A stretch of DNA of 62,967 nt, filler included, from Octopus bimaculoides (GCF_001194135.2; 6 parts of 6 records of this genome joined end to end with filler, not necessarily neighbours in it); one strand, 5' to 3'. Numbered from the whole stretch's first letter, positions 13,669 through 28,521 are shown. A program made the numbers and translations. The notes: a model not told the origin generated them from the sequence alone.

Positions 13669-16647
13669 GTACATGTGTGTATATAGGGGGGTGTATATTC
13701 AGTTGTGTAAACGTTGGAAGAGCTTTTATTAAAAATAAATATGCTTGTATATATGTATAGTGTACATAAATGTATGTATATATAATATTTGTCGACATAT
13801 ACATAAAAGAGTAAAAGAGTAAATGAGTAAAAGTATATATATATATATATATATNNNNNNNNNNNNNNNNNNNNNNNNNNNNNNNNNNNNNNNNNNNNNN
13901 NNNNNNNNNNNNNNNNNNNNNNNNNNNNNNNNNNNNNNNNNNNNNNNNNNNNNNNNNNNNNNNNNNNNNNNNNNNNNNNNNNNNNNNNNNNNNNNNNNNN
14001 NNNNNNNNNNNNNNNNNNNNNNNNNNNNNNNNNNNNNNNNNNNNNNNNNNNNNNNNNNNNNNNNNNNNNNNNNNNNNNNNNNNNNNNNNNNNNNNNNNNN
14101 NNNNNNNNNNNNNNNNNNNNNNNNNNNNNNNNNNNNNNNNNNNNNNNNNNNNNNNNNNNNNNNNNNNNNNNNNNNNNNNNNNNNNNNNNNNNNNNNNNNN
14201 NNNNNNNNNNNNNNNNNNNNNNNNNNNNNNNNNNNNNNNNNNNNNNNNNNNNNNNNNNNNNNNNNNNNNNNNNNNNNNNNNNNNNNNNNNNNNNNNNNNN
14301 NNNNNNNNNNNNNNNNNNNNNNNNNNNNNNNNNNNNNNNNNNNNNNNNNNNNNNNNNNNNNNNNNNNNNNNNNNNNNNNNNNNNNNNNNNNNNNNNNNNN
14401 NNNNNNNNNNNNNNNNNNNNNNNNNNNNNNNNNNNNNNNNNNNNNNNNNNNNNNNNNNNNNNNNNNNNNNNNNNNNNNNNNNNNNNNNNNNNNATATATA
14501 TATATATATATATATATAGATATATAGATATAGATATAGATATATATATAACATTTATATAATCAAGTATAATGTGTATATATATACATATGAGTGTGCG
14601 TGCTACACACATATACATACACGTGTGCAGATAGATTGATAGATAGATAGATAGATAGATACATACATACATACATACATACATATGTATGTATGTATGT
14701 ACGTATGTATGTATGTATGTATGCATGTATGTTCAAGGATTATTATGTATCACCGTGTGGTCAGAGTGTGTATATATGTATATATGAAGTAGAGTGTGTA
14801 TAGCAATTAAAACTACATCTGACACTACGTCCGGATCTTTAACCACAGAATCGGTCAACCAGTCAAGCGGTCGTGTCATATCACTGTACATCCCACCCAT
14901 CCATGCCCGTCTCCACCCCGTTACCGCCTCCTCTTCACTTTAGCATCCCCCCACCCCCACCTTACGCTTCCCTTAAACTTCAAGTGAGGTACTCAAGCAT
15001 TAGTGATGAGTACCTCTTTTCGTAGGGAAAGTGTACCTGGAAGGGAAGGGGAGGTGTCGGCGGCGGCGGCGGCGGTGCTTGTGGTTTTGATGGTTGTGGA
15101 GTTGTTGGCGGTGCTGGAGATAATCTGTTCTTATGTTTGACATTTCTTGATTGTTTTATTTACATATTTTTTGAATATTTTTGTTCTGTTTGGTATTTTG
15201 TTCTCTCAAATATTTGCGCTCCTTACCTCAACAACAACAATTGTCGCAACAACAACATTCTCCCTCCACATTACATGAAGAAGAAAAAAGAACAATGATT
15301 GTCAGCCAATTCTTTTGGCGTCAGGAAGGTTTTTGGCCTTGACCTCACCCACCACCACCACCACCACAGCAACGAACACTTCCACGACTCACAACAAACA
15401 TTACCATCACCAACACCAGCACCACAGCCACTACCACCATCTCCACCATTATGGCTACTACTACCACCACCACCAACAACAACAACAACAACACCACCAA
15501 CAACACCCACAGTACACTACTAGAACCACCATGAAGCCTTCACCAGCAACAACAACACGAACACCATCGCCGCCGCCGCCGCCGCCGCCTCCAGCATATT
15601 TGTTCCTTTGTTGTGAAGATGGAACCACATTGTGTTCCGTTTTNNNNNNNNNNNNNNNNNNNNNNNNNNNNNNNNNNNNNNNNNNNNNNNNNNNNNNNNN
15701 NNNNNNNNNNNNNNNNNNNNNNNNNNNNNNNNNNNNNNNNNNNNNNNNNNNNNNNNNNNNNNNNNNNNNNNNNNNNNNNNNNNNNNNNNNNNNNNNNNNN
15801 NNNNNNNNNNNNNNNNNNNNNNNNNNNNTTCGCGAAAAAAGGGCAAAGCAACTGAGATTTCTTGTTCAAGGGATGAGGGATGTGGGCCCGGGAAATTTAG
15901 CGATGACCGGGGAAGATTGAAGGGATAAGAAGCAGAGAAAAAAAGGAGGAGGATACGGATGTCAAGTTTAACAAACTGGTTGGAAGAAAGTTGCATTAAA
16001 CACCAGAAATAGGAACTGTTACAAACAGAGAATTGTGGCCGGGCATGGTCACTTGTGTCCTATATTCTGGACGCGGCATCTAAAGGAAGAAAATATGGAA
16101 TATGAATAATGGATGATGAGTGTCTTTACAGGCAGGAACTGTGTCAGTTGTAGTTGTGTGTGTGTGTGTGTGTGTGTGTGTATGCACACTTCTCTAAGAT
16201 GACGGGGGACGCTCCGAAACGTCACATTTCTTTTACTTTTACTGCTAAGAGACTTACCCAGATACTTGATCTTCACCGTAAATTTTTTAAAGTGTGAGCA
16301 TCTCATTAAGACAACAGGAACAACAGAATTGTTTACAGAAGGAAAATTGATGTCAATAAACTTGTCTCTATAAGAATGGTGACGTCTTCTTTCGCTACGA
16401 AACCGTGTTGCATTTCGAGTCAACGTGGCGCCAATTTTAGACGTCCGTGACATAAACAACTGCATCAAGCTGTACTTGAAAATAATTGTAAATAAGTTTT
16501 AAATGTATTCCATTGGTTTCGGAAGTTATTATTAGCAACAGGAATGTGCATGAGTTAACCATTAATGCACTCATGAACAAGTATACGAGAATATAATAGA
16601 TGTGTTTGTTCATGCAACTGTGTGTGTCTGTGTGTGCGTACGCATGC

Positions 16648-16720
<73 letters not shown>

Positions 16721-16995
16721 CGCACACACACACAAGTATGTAGTTACATATACATATATATGTGTTCGTATATACTTGTGTATATAAGATTGACCAGTGA
16801 CCGGTATATAAATACACACACACAGAGAGGAGTGTATGTGTCTACGTTTACACTTACGTGTGAAAGGTGTGTGTGTGTGTGTATATATTACGGTATTGCA
16901 TCAGCGTTGAGCTTAAGTCAAACTGAGTATTTGGTTACTTTTTTCAATATCTCAGGGCGTGTATATATATATATATATATGTATGTGTGTGATTG

Positions 16996-17040
<45 letters not shown>

Positions 17041-17439
17041 ACACCACCACCAACAATATTAATTTCTTGAATATTTCAACATCGTTATTTGTATACAATG
17101 TGGTGTCACTGCACTATGGAACTTCAAGGGTTACATTGACTTTAAAAGCCTCAAATACATAGAATTTTCCCAACGGGTTTTGAGATCCTCTCTTTCTTGT
17201 ATTTTATTATTTGTTTTTGTTTTGTCTGGAAGAAAAATCCCTCAGATACTCACAGACCCCCTTTTTGGCACTTTGGGCTAAAATAGGTCCGAAATTGTTG
17301 AACGCAGCACTCTCTCTTTTCTAAAGTATTCTATTAGTGTTCGTGTCGTGGATAGGACGGGCCATGGGGGAACTCGGTGGAGATTGGCAAATGTATAATA
17401 ACCACACACGCGCGCACATACACACAAACACACACACAC

Positions 17440-17580
17440 AATGGGCCTTCTGTAAATGAAATCCATCCCCAAGACTTTGGTCGGATAGACCAGTAGAAGA
17501 CACTTTGACCAAGGTGCCACGCTATCGGATTGAACGGAAATCCGCGTGCCTACGAGGCAAGCTTGCAAACTACACAGGCA
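17440..17580 (-). mobile_element. SINE family B, 5' fragment
   Basis: aaatcc...caagactttggtcgg...agtagaagacactttgaccaaggtgccacg matches the 42.2 and 53.2 kb copies. Confidence 0.65.
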
Positions 17581-18080
17581 TATGAAAAAATGGTGAGGAT
17601 CAATTATCTGCCGACCATGGTGTGTCATCAAAACGCTGTTTTGGTGATCATTCGAGAATAATCAGCGATGCTCTCCACTGCCAGACATATGTACTACATG
17701 ACACATGTCTCATTTCAACATAGATTTGATACGGAAGTTTTCGGTTACATAGAGTTTAGAGTGTGATTAAAGGATGCAGCTAATCCTCTCATATTATCTT
17801 TAACCTCTCTGATGATGATAGCAGACGGATTGTAATGGAACGTAGCCTCACTGAAACAGTGACACACGCGCGCACACACACACGCACTCTTATACACACT
17901 GGGAAATGTCATCGACATTTGCAATCTATCTATCTATCACAATCACCTCCTCTTCTTTCTCTTCCTCAACACATTATACACGCACGCATAATGACGTATA
18001 CGAATATACACACATGTGATATACTCTTTCTTCATCTCTATCCATTTCCTATTTCCCCCTTCTTGCATGTATGTATCATG

Positions 18081-18123
<43 letters not shown>

Positions 18124-18159
18124 ATATATANNNNNNNNNNNNNNNNNNNNNNNNNNNNN

Positions 18160-18191
<32 letters not shown>

Positions 18192-18680
18192 ATATATATA
18201 TAATGTAATAATAATATAGATTAAATCAAAAGATTAAATGTGGTACTTAAAATGTTTGTGGCACCAGAATTTGGTAGGGTAAAAACCAAAAACAAAATCA
18301 AGAGATTTGGTGGATTAAATTTGAAGAAAAGCAACAAAAATGTATTAGGTTATAGCAGTACGTGCGTTTCGTACAAACTTCATTTATTTATGTAGGGAGA
18401 ACACCACATATGATGTGCAATGAACATGTACTCCTCAGCTGCATAATGGAAGTTCATTTTAGAAAGTCATTTTGTAAATGTGTGCAAATACAAGAGTGGG
18501 TAGGTAGGGAAGAAGGGAATGATGTTGACCAATTCATCTGAGACGACATATTTTTCGATCAAACAAGATTTAATATGAAATTGTCAAGTTTATTGTTCTT
18601 GTGCGCTTTCTTTCTGTCGCTTTATTTTCTCGTGCCCCATCCACTCTTTCTGTCTCTCTCTCTTTCTTTCTCGCTCTGTC

Positions 18681-18768
<88 letters not shown>

Positions 18769-19041
18769 ACTCCATATTCCTGCTTATCTTCATATTTCTC
18801 TCTCTCTCTCTCTCCCTTTCGATGACAATGTCAGCTTCCCTGCGCCCACTTATATACAAACCATATGTGCACCAAATGGACAGGACAAAAGCAGACACAC
18901 ATACACAGACATACACATACATGCCGACACATACTCTGTGTGTGCGTGTGTGTGTCTCTTTGTGCGTGTGTATGTGTGTGTAACAGGCATAGATATTTAG
19001 ATAAGGTCACACACAAAACACACACGAGATATAGACATCAA

Positions 19042-19094
<53 letters not shown>

Positions 19095-19200
19095 GTTGGA
19101 AATCGCTGACGTAAAAAGTCAACAATTGAAAGAACATTTTCCAAATAACTATGGTAACACGGCCTCGATATGCTCCAGCTGGTCACTTTCTTCTGCTCAC

Positions 19201-19240
19201 CTTCCCACGTCTGCCGTGTGAGGTGTCACTCTCTCTCTTT
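19201..19240 (-). CDS. Candidate 40-nt micro-exon
   Basis: Long pyrimidine tract ending catctag| and strong donor AAG|gtgagc. The phase 2-to-0 frame encodes KRESDTSHGRRGK. Splice signals only; could be UTR or spurious. Confidence 0.25.
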
Positions 19241-19496
19241 CTAGATGTGCGTCGAAAGAATAGCAAAATAAAAGAAATAAACAAGATTCCATGGATCAGG
19301 CTTTCAGCTGGAATAATTTATTCCAAAGTAGAATTGGGGGGACGCGAAGGCGGGTGGTGGTGGTGGTGGTGGTGGTGGTGGTGGCCCCATATTTTGGTGG
19401 ATGTGGTTATCGTTGTGGCTGGGATTATAATAATCTTCAGCCCCAGGCTAGACTTGTAATCGAGTAATCTTGAGATCAGAGGCGTTCCAGTCGTGA

Positions 19497-19548
<52 letters not shown>

Positions 19549-19591
19549 ATAAATACATATATATAATATATGCATATATATATATATATAT

Positions 19592-19656
<65 letters not shown>

Positions 19657-19811
19657 CTGTCTATATGCTGCTGTCTTGATGCCTTCAAGTTGGTCATTAA
19701 TAGAACACAGCCGGAACCCTGTATATCAACATTGCACTTAGACTCTCGTCATAAATTCTGTTGTTATTTTGACAGCGTGTGTATACCTGTGTGTGAGTGA
19801 GAGATAGAGAG

Positions 19812-19874
<63 letters not shown>

Positions 19875-20143
19875 GACTATGCATGTGCGCCTCAGAGGCG
19901 GAGAGCAGCGTTCTGTCACCACGTTCATCCGCCATATTTGTTTGTTTTAATTGGAAGAAGTGAAGCCATGGTGCGCGTGTGCGTCAAATAGCGGTGGTGG
20001 GTAATTGTATATACAACAATATGTATATACATATGTATACACACACACACATATGTTTTGTGTATATATGTGCGTGTATGCATGCATAAATATGCATATA
20101 CATGTTTGCATGTACATGTATAAACATACGTGCTCTAAGATAG

Positions 20144-20183
<40 letters not shown>

Positions 20184-20269
20184 NNNNNNNNNNNNNNNNN
20201 NNNNNNNNNNNNNNNNNNNNNNNNNNNNNNNNNNNNNNNNNNNNNNNNNNNNNNNNNNNNNNNNNNNNN

Positions 20270-20315
<46 letters not shown>

Positions 20316-20645
20316 TGTTGTATGTGTGTATGTGCATGTTTGTTTGTGTGCGCGCAAGTGTGTGTGTGTACACATATAGATTAGATGAAGGGAGAGGGAG
20401 AGAGGGGGTGAGATGAAGAGATTACGACTGTACTGAATTCGTTTCGTATATTCTAAATTTTCTACATCTTTTTCAAGACGAAGGAATATGCTTTGGAAAT
20501 GAAGCCAAATTGGCGGAGAAACGCGTATATGTACCATTTCCGAAACACGCGATGGCAATGCCAATCCTGACTGCTGTCCACACAAACTAACATAACATCA
20601 TCTTGTGTGCAATTGATAAACATTCACATTTTTTTCTTTTGTCAG

Positions 20646-20762
20646 TTTGGTGTCCGAAGCCAATCTCGATGGTCGGCCACGTTTTGCAGTCCTGCGTTCG
20701 TGGAAAATCATTTACTCCCAAATCCTTTACTCCCAACCATGCTAGGAGAGAAGATACGATAG
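20646..20762 (+). CDS. Candidate terminal exon
   Basis: Acceptor ttttttcttttgtcag|; phase-0 frame FGVRSQSRWSATFCSPAF...EKIR ends at TAG; AATAAA at 20822-20827. Confidence 0.15.
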   Translation, partial: FGVRSQSRWSATFCSPAFVENHLLPNPLLPTMLGEKIR

Positions 20763-21085
20763 AAGGCTGAGATTCAAAGGAAAAGCAATAAGGAAAAGGG
20801 AAGTGGAAAGCAATTGATCATAATAAATGGCAAACTCAATTGAAAAACTAATCGGAATGGAGAAAGCTTATCATGTCATGCCAAACCCTGTAGGTTTCGT
20901 AGAGTAGACAGAAGGAATGCAACTTAGTCCATGAATATCTATGCATTTTTTAATCGGCGGCGAGATTCTAAAGTTACAAAAAAACAAAAACCGAGAATTT
21001 CGTGCATGGCAGGTGACTCTCAGCCCTCCAGTTACATTCTTCTTAAATATCGGCCAGCTAAAATAAAATAAAATTATATATATGG

Positions 21086-21402
21086 AGCACTCCGTCGGTT
21101 ACGACAACGAGGGTCCTCCCCCAGATGATCCGATCAACGGAACAGCTTGCTCGTGAAATTAACGTGCAAAGCACTCCACAGACATGTGTACCCCTAACGT
21201 AGTTCTCAGGGAGATTCAGCGTGACACAGAGTGTGACAAGGCTGGGTCTTTGAACTACAGGTGTCACTCACTTTTGCCAGCTGAGTGAACTGGAACAATG
21301 TGAAATAAAGTGTCTTGCTTAAGGACACAACGCGTCGCCGGGGATTGAACTAACGACCATACGATCGCGAGCGGAATGCACTAACCACTAAAGTCACTCG
21401 CC

Positions 21403-21405
<3 letters not shown>
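21086..21405 (-). mobile_element. tRNA-derived SINE, CORE-like middle plus family-A 3' domain
   Basis: tRNA-like head with A and B boxes, tgtccttaagcaagacactt middle, and a 3' part homologous to the 3' half of the 47592 copy. Confidence 0.85.
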
Positions 21406-21439
<34 letters not shown>

Positions 21440-23761
21440 NNNNNNNNNNNNNNNNNNNNNNNNNNNNNNNNNNNNNNNNNNNNNNNNNNNNNNNNNNNNN
21501 NNNNNNNNNNNNNNNNNNNNNNNNNNNNNNNNNNNNNNNNNNNNNNNNNNNNNNNNNNNNNNNNNNNNNNNNNNNNNNNNNNNNNNNNNNNNNNNNNNNN
21601 NNNNNNNNNNNNNNNNNNNNNNNNNNNNNNNNNNNNNNNNNNNNNNNNNNNNNNNNNNNNNNNNNNNNNNNNNNNNNNNNNNNNNNNNNNNNNNNNNNNN
21701 NNNNNNNNNNNNNNNNNNNNNNNNNNNNNNNNNNNNNNNNNNNNNNNNNNNNNNNNNNNNNNNNNNNNNNNNNNNNNNNNNNNNNNNNNNNNNNNNNNNN
21801 NNNNNNNNNNNNNNNNNNNNNNNNNNNNNNNNNNNNNNNNNNNNNNNNNNNNNNNNNNNNNNNNNNNNNNNNNNNNNNNNNNNNNNNNNNNNNNNNNNNN
21901 NNNNNNNNNNNNNNNNNNNNNNNNNNNNNNNNNNNNNNNNNNNNNNNNNNNNNNNNNNNNNNNNNNNNNNNNNNNNNNNNNNNNNNNNNNNNNNNNNNNN
22001 NNNNNNNNNNNNNNNNNNNNNNNNNNNNNNNNNNNNNNNNNNNNNNNNNNNNNNNNNNNNNNNNNNNNNNNNNNNNNNNNNNNNNNNNNNNNNNNNNNAA
22101 AAAACATTAAACATTCTAAAATTAAAATAAAAAAATAAAATAAAGGAGAAAATTGAAACTGAAAAAGACAAAAGAAACACTACTTATACACACACACACA
22201 CACACACACATACACACACACACACACACATAGACGCACACACACATACACACACACACACACATAGAAGCACACACACATACACACACATACACACACA
22301 CACAAGCACACACACTCACAGAAGGAATGAGAGGTTCTGCGGGAAAGGCGCCTTTGACCTTTTTCTGAAATGTCCCCACCCCCCACACACACAGTCTCGG
22401 TACAAAGAGAATCTACTGCAACAGAACACGACGACGACGACGACGACGATAACGAAGACGACCATACCGATGGTGATGGCGATGATGATGATGACGAGAC
22501 GACGGCGGCAGCGGCGGTTAATGATGATGATGTTCTTGACGATGGTAATGGATTTTGGTGGTAGGATTGATGATTATGTTGATGATGATGACGATGATGA
22601 CGATGATGACGATGATGACGAGGGTGGAGGGTGATGGTGGTGCAAGTGTTGATTGCGACAGTGTAGGTGATAGTACAAGTGGTGCTAATATAGGAATTTG
22701 TATAGGTGTTTGCCATTGTGGTTTAGCTTTAAATCAGAGCGGAGTGGGCAGATCTATAACTAGGCTTTCCAGCGGTGACCATCCCGTCGGTTGTTATATG
22801 CAACGTATCTGACACAAAACTACATTATCTAACATCCTTACATGTAACAGAATAGAGTGTAATTTGAGAAATATTTGGCTGCTATTTCCCGCAGGTCCAA
22901 CGGCCATATAGAGTTCTTCTCGTTGCTTCAAGCAGTTGTTGGTAGAGGTGGTACAGAGTAGGTAGGGGGTAGTGGTGGCGTGTATGGTGGTGGTGGTGGT
23001 AGTGGTGGTGGTGGTGGTAGTGGTGNNNNNNNNNNNNNNNNNNNNNNNNNNNNNNNNNNNNNNNNNNNNNNNNNNNNNNNNNNNNNNNNNNNNNNNNNNN
23101 NNNNNNNNNNNNNNNNNNNNNNNNNNNNNNNNNNNNNNNNNNNNNNNNNNNNNNNNNNNNNNNNNNNNNNNNNNNNNNNNNNNNNNNNNNNNNNNNNNNN
23201 NNNNNNNNNNNNNNNNNNNNNNNNNNNNNNNNNNNNNNNNNNNNNNNNNNNNNNNNNNNNNNNNNNNNNNNNNNNNNNNNNNNNNNNNNNNNNNNNNNNN
23301 NNNNNNNNNNNNNNNNNNNNNNNNNNNNNNNNNNNNNNNNNNNNNNNNNNNNNNNNNNNNNNNNNNNNNNNNNNNNNNNNNNNNNNNNNNNNNNNNNNNN
23401 NNNNNNNNNNNNNNNNNNNNNNNNNNNNNNNNNNNNNNNNNNNNNNNNNNNNNNNNNNNNNNNNNNNNNNNNNNNNNNNNNNNNNNNNNNNNNNNNNNNN
23501 NNNNNNNNNNNNNNNNNNNNNNNNNNNNNNNNNNNNNNNNNNNNNNNNNNNNNNNNNNNNNNNNNNNNNNNNNNNNNNNNNNNNNNNNNNNNNNNNNNNN
23601 NNNNNNNNNNNNNNNNNNNNNNNNNNNNNNNNNNNNNNNNNNNNNNNNNNNNNNNNNNNNNNNNNNNNNNNNNNNNNNNNNNNNNNNNNNNNNNNNNNNN
23701 NNNNNNNNNNNNNNNNNNNNNNNNNNNNNNNNNNNNNNNNNNNNNNNNNNNNNNNNNNNNN

Positions 23762-23798
<37 letters not shown>

Positions 23799-23837
23799 TT
23801 ATATATACAAGTGTATATATATATATGTATGTATATG

Positions 23838-23870
<33 letters not shown>

Positions 23871-24378
23871 GTATGTATATACACATAAACATATATATTC
23901 ATATGTATATTCACACACACACATATATATCTTTATATATATATGTAATATACATATATTCATATATGTATGTATATTCACACATACATATATATAGTCA
24001 CACACAGACGCACAGACATATATATACACATATACGTACATACATATACACATATGTATATACTCTATAACATCTCTGTTGGGACAGACCCGCTAACAAC
24101 AACAGAGTACAAGAATAACAACAAGAACAACAAGAAAACAATGTTATTAGAAAAACGAAAAAACAAATGCGAGCTCCAACCAGCACGGGACTCGTTGCTC
24201 TGTCGCGGGTCCTGGGATTTAAGGAAGGCAAGCTTACATATTTAGTACAGTTTGGGTGTAGCCAAAATGGCTACTATCTGTGGGAATACCTGATAAATAA
24301 ACAAATGCGCGCGCATTTATGTGTATGTAATACATACTTTATATATATACATATATATATACGTTATATATGTATACT

Positions 24379-24413
<35 letters not shown>

Positions 24414-25541
24414 NNNNNNNNNNNNNNNNNNNNNNNNNNNNNNNNNNNNNNNNNNNNNNNNNNNNNNNNNNNNNNNNNNNNNNNNNNNNNNNNNNNNNNN
24501 NNNNNNNNNNNNNNNNNNNNNNNNNNNNNNNNNNNNNNNNNNNNNNNNNNNNNNNNNNNNNNNNNNNNNNNNNNNNNNNNNNNNNNNNNNNNNNNNNNNN
24601 NNNNNNNNNNNNNNNNNNNNNNNNNNNNNNNNNNNNNNNNNNNNNNNNNNNNNNNNNNNNNNNNNNNNNNNNNNNNNNNNNNNNNNNNNNNNNNNNNNNN
24701 NNNNNNNNNNNNNNNNNNNNNNNNNNNNNNNNNNNNNNNNNNNNNNNNNNNNNNNNNNNNNNNNNNNNNNNNNNNNNNNNNNNNNNNNNNNNNNNNNNNN
24801 NNNNNNNNNNNNNNNNNNNNNNNNNNNNNNNNNNNNNNNNNNNNNNNNNNNNNNNNNNNNNNNNNNNNNNNNNNNNNNNNNNNNNNNNNNNNNNNNNNNN
24901 NNNNNNNNNNNNNNNNNNNNNNNNNNNNNNNNNNNNNNNNNNNNNNNNNNNNNNNNNNNNNNNNNNNNNNNNNNNNNNNNNNNNNNNNNNNNNNNNNNNN
25001 NNNNNNNNNNNNNNNNNNNNNNNNNNNNNNNNNNNNNNNNNNNNNNNNNNNNNNNNNNNNNNNNNNNNNNNNNNNNNNNNNNNNNNNNNNNNNNNNNNNN
25101 NNNNNNNNNNNNNNNNNNNNNNNNNNNNNNNNNNNNNNNNNNNNNNNNNNNNNNNNNNNNNNNNNNNNNNNNNNNNNNNNNNNNNNNNNNNNNNNNNNNN
25201 NNNNNNNNNNNNNNNNNNNNNNNNNNNNNNNNNNNNNNNNNNNNNNNNNNNNNNNNNNNNNNNNNNNNNNNNNNNNNNNNNNNNNNNNNNNNNNNNNNNN
25301 NNNNNNNNNNNNNNNNNNNNNNNNNNNNNNNNNNNNNNNNNNNNNNNNNNNNNNNNNNNNNNNNNNNNNNNNNNNNNNNNNNNNNNNNNNNNNNNNNNNN
25401 NNTATATACACACACACACGGTCACAAGCATCAGACACCCAAACATATACACACACACATACAAATATGTTTGACTATGTGTGCGTTTGTGTATGTGTGC
25501 GCGTGTGTGTGTATGTGTTTGTGCGTGTGCGTGTGTATGTT

Positions 25542-25572
<31 letters not shown>

Positions 25573-26187
25573 ATATCATATTATCTGCGGTCTGCATTAT
25601 CCGCATGAAGCTCTCTCTAAATTTAGTTTAAATCTTACTCCTCGCGCATCTCTAGTCGATGTTTGTATTAACAATAGAGCGGAAATAACGTAGCGGAAGT
25701 AAGATAGCGCAAATAACATAGCAGACGACTAGAAACAAACATGGCCGACTAGTTCACATGACAAAACACCTCCATACCGTTAAGAATTTATTAAATGCAT
25801 TTGGTAACATTTTTTCTTCAATATTTACATTAATAATGAATTCCTTAAACATTTTCTTATTTCATTAGTTGCCCGTTAGAATAACAGATGGTATTGCAGT
25901 TGAAGGATTCCAGTTATAATTCCATGAAATGTTTTGAGATCGAGAGAGAGAAAAAGACAGAGAGGGGGATCACAGCCAAAAATATTTGTGAAGAATTTGG
26001 CGAGAAAAGAAAATGACAAAACGAACTATAATTTTTCTAGAAGTGTTAATTCTCCTTTTATAAGGAACGATTTCTCGACCGTTGATTCACTTCTGAAAGT
26101 TTCTGCCGATTAAAAATTAACAAAAATATATACAGTCAGGCATTAGGTTCCAATCTTGCCTTATGCATGTGTGTGTGTGAATGTATG

Positions 26188-26274
<87 letters not shown>

Positions 26275-26356
26275 GGGTGATGTTGGATTTTGTGGCTTAG
26301 ATGCCCTTCCGGGAGATAATTCTTGCTGATGAAACTATAAAAACAATCCTTTAGAG

Positions 26357-26874
26357 CAGCGGTTCTCAACCAGGGTTTATATGGTCCCCAAGGGTCGATA
26401 CAAGATTTTTGGGGTTTTATGCAACAAAATAGAAAATCGAGGATCCACGATAGTATTTTATGTGACCCTGAAAACATTTTGCTTTAAATATATGAATTGG
26501 TATGTATTGGGATGTATTGGGATGTATTGGGATGTATTGGGATGTATTGGGATGTATTGGTATGTATTGGGATGTATTAGTATGTATTGGTATGTATTGG
26601 TATGTATTAGTATGTATTGGTATCTATTGGGATGTATTGGGATGTATTGGGATGTATTGGGATGTATTGCAAGAAACAACTGGGTTTCTTTCTCTACCAT
26701 TTTACAGACTTCAATCTACACAAGTGAATGTGTGAAAGACAAAATAGGAATTTTGAAAGAAGTTTCTATGAAACTAGTTTTTAAACATCGAAAGAGTATG
26801 GTTGGGGGGTTCCACCAGAATAAAATGGTAATCAAAGGGGGTCCACAGATAAAAAAAATGGTTGAGAACTCCTG
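26357..26874. mobile_element. Non-autonomous hAT (Charlie-type) DNA transposon / MITE
   Basis: TIRs CAGCGGTTCTCAACC (26357-26371) and GGTTGAGAACTCCTG (26860-26874), 13/15 match; identical 8-bp TSD CTTTAGAG at 26349-26356 and 26875-26882. Confidence 0.9.
26491..26670. repeat. 10-bp minisatellite inside the hAT MITE
   Basis: About 18 units of (G/T)ATGTATT(G/A)G with no unique spacers. Confidence 0.9.
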
Positions 26875-28472
26875 CTTTAGAGAATCGAAACAGAGAACGG
26901 TGATACCCCCACCCCTATAAGATAAGCAAGTCTTAACTGACACCACAGGGAGAGAGGAGGACGAGGACGACGAAGAGGAGTAGGAGGTTTGAAGTAAAGA
27001 GTAGGCGGGAGGAGGTGACAAAGAAGGTGGAATAACAACAACAACAACAACATCAACAAAAACAATAAAGAAAGAAGAGGGGGAAGAAAAGAAAAGTAAA
27101 AAAACAATAGAAATAAAATTAATGACAAACGCATGAAAGCTTCTTATTGCACAATAGAGTTTCTGGGGTGGGGAGGTGGGGGTAGTGTTTTATTTATGGA
27201 ACTCTTGTGGTGTTAGTGAAGGGTGTGATGGTAGGGGTGGTCATTGTAATGTCGCTGGTGGTGGCCGTGGTGGAGAGGGTAGGCGGTGGTTCAGTTGACG
27301 AAGTCGAATGTCGACGGTTTGTTTCTCATGTTCTCTCGACTTGGTTTGTTATTCCTTAATTGGCTCCAAAAGAAACAGAGGCCGTGTGTGTGTTTGTATA
27401 TATAGGTTATATATATATGTGTGCGTGTATGTGTTAGTGTATGTATGTATGCATGCATTATGAACACGCACACGCCTACCTACACCGAGAGTGAAAAACG
27501 AGATATGGAAAGAAAGAAAGAAAGAAAGAAAGAAAGAAATGGAAGGAAGAAAGAAAGAAAGAAAGAAATAAAGAAATGGAAGGAAGGAACGAGGAAGGAA
27601 GGAAGGAAGGAAGGAACGAACGAACGAACGAACGAACGAACGAACGAACGAACGAAGGCAAGAAGGAATGGAAGAAGGAAGGAACGTATAAAAAAGTCCC
27701 GTGCGCAGCAGAAAAACCTGTTATTCGATATGGATTGAGTTGTTTTATGGAGTTTACCAAAAGTGGTCTTATATAGACAAACATGGCGACCTTTCGGTGT
27801 ATTTATGGTTTATTGTAGCAACTTGGGGAGTTAATCGTTAAGGTCGTGCAGCAAACTTAAACAAATGAACTCTCTCTCTGTGACATGCGATCGAATGGAA
27901 ACCGGAGACAAATCTGCCTCACGTGACATCATGTTTTGCAATGAATGAAATCCAGTGGGTCACAAAAACGAACACAACTGGACACACCTTTGGCTTATAG
28001 GACAGCTAAAAATAGAAGCTAAATCTACGTGTTATAAAAAGGAGGAACTCTTTTTATAGAAAAGAGGACAACAGAGCCAGCATTGCTAAATAAACATCAG
28101 AGGATTGTGTGGCGGAGTTGAACCGAAAGAAGGATTGTGTCTGTCTGCGAATATGAAAGAGAAACAGAAGCAGAGAGAGGGAGAGGAGGAGAGAAAGAAG
28201 AGGGAAGAGAGTGTGAGAGAGAAGGGGGAAGAGAGAGGAGAAGAGAGTTGGAGAGAGAAGGGAGAGAGTGGGAGAGAGAGGGTTAATAAAGCGATGAAAG
28301 AGAAAAGAGTAGAACGGCGAAGAGGTAATAGTAAGTGCAAATAGGTGCATCAACAGCAGTTTTGTTATTTCTGACAACAAACATTGTTGCCATGGCAGCA
28401 ACGACAATAACTGCTGCAACGAACAACAACAAAAACAACAACAACAACAACGACAGCAACAATAGGCGCGTT

Positions 28473-28521
<49 letters not shown>

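Noticed and set aside
26491-26670. Regular array as CRISPR, and ORF 26381-26920
   Set aside because: Contiguous 10-mers with no spacers in a eukaryotic MITE; the ORF is the translated minisatellite.
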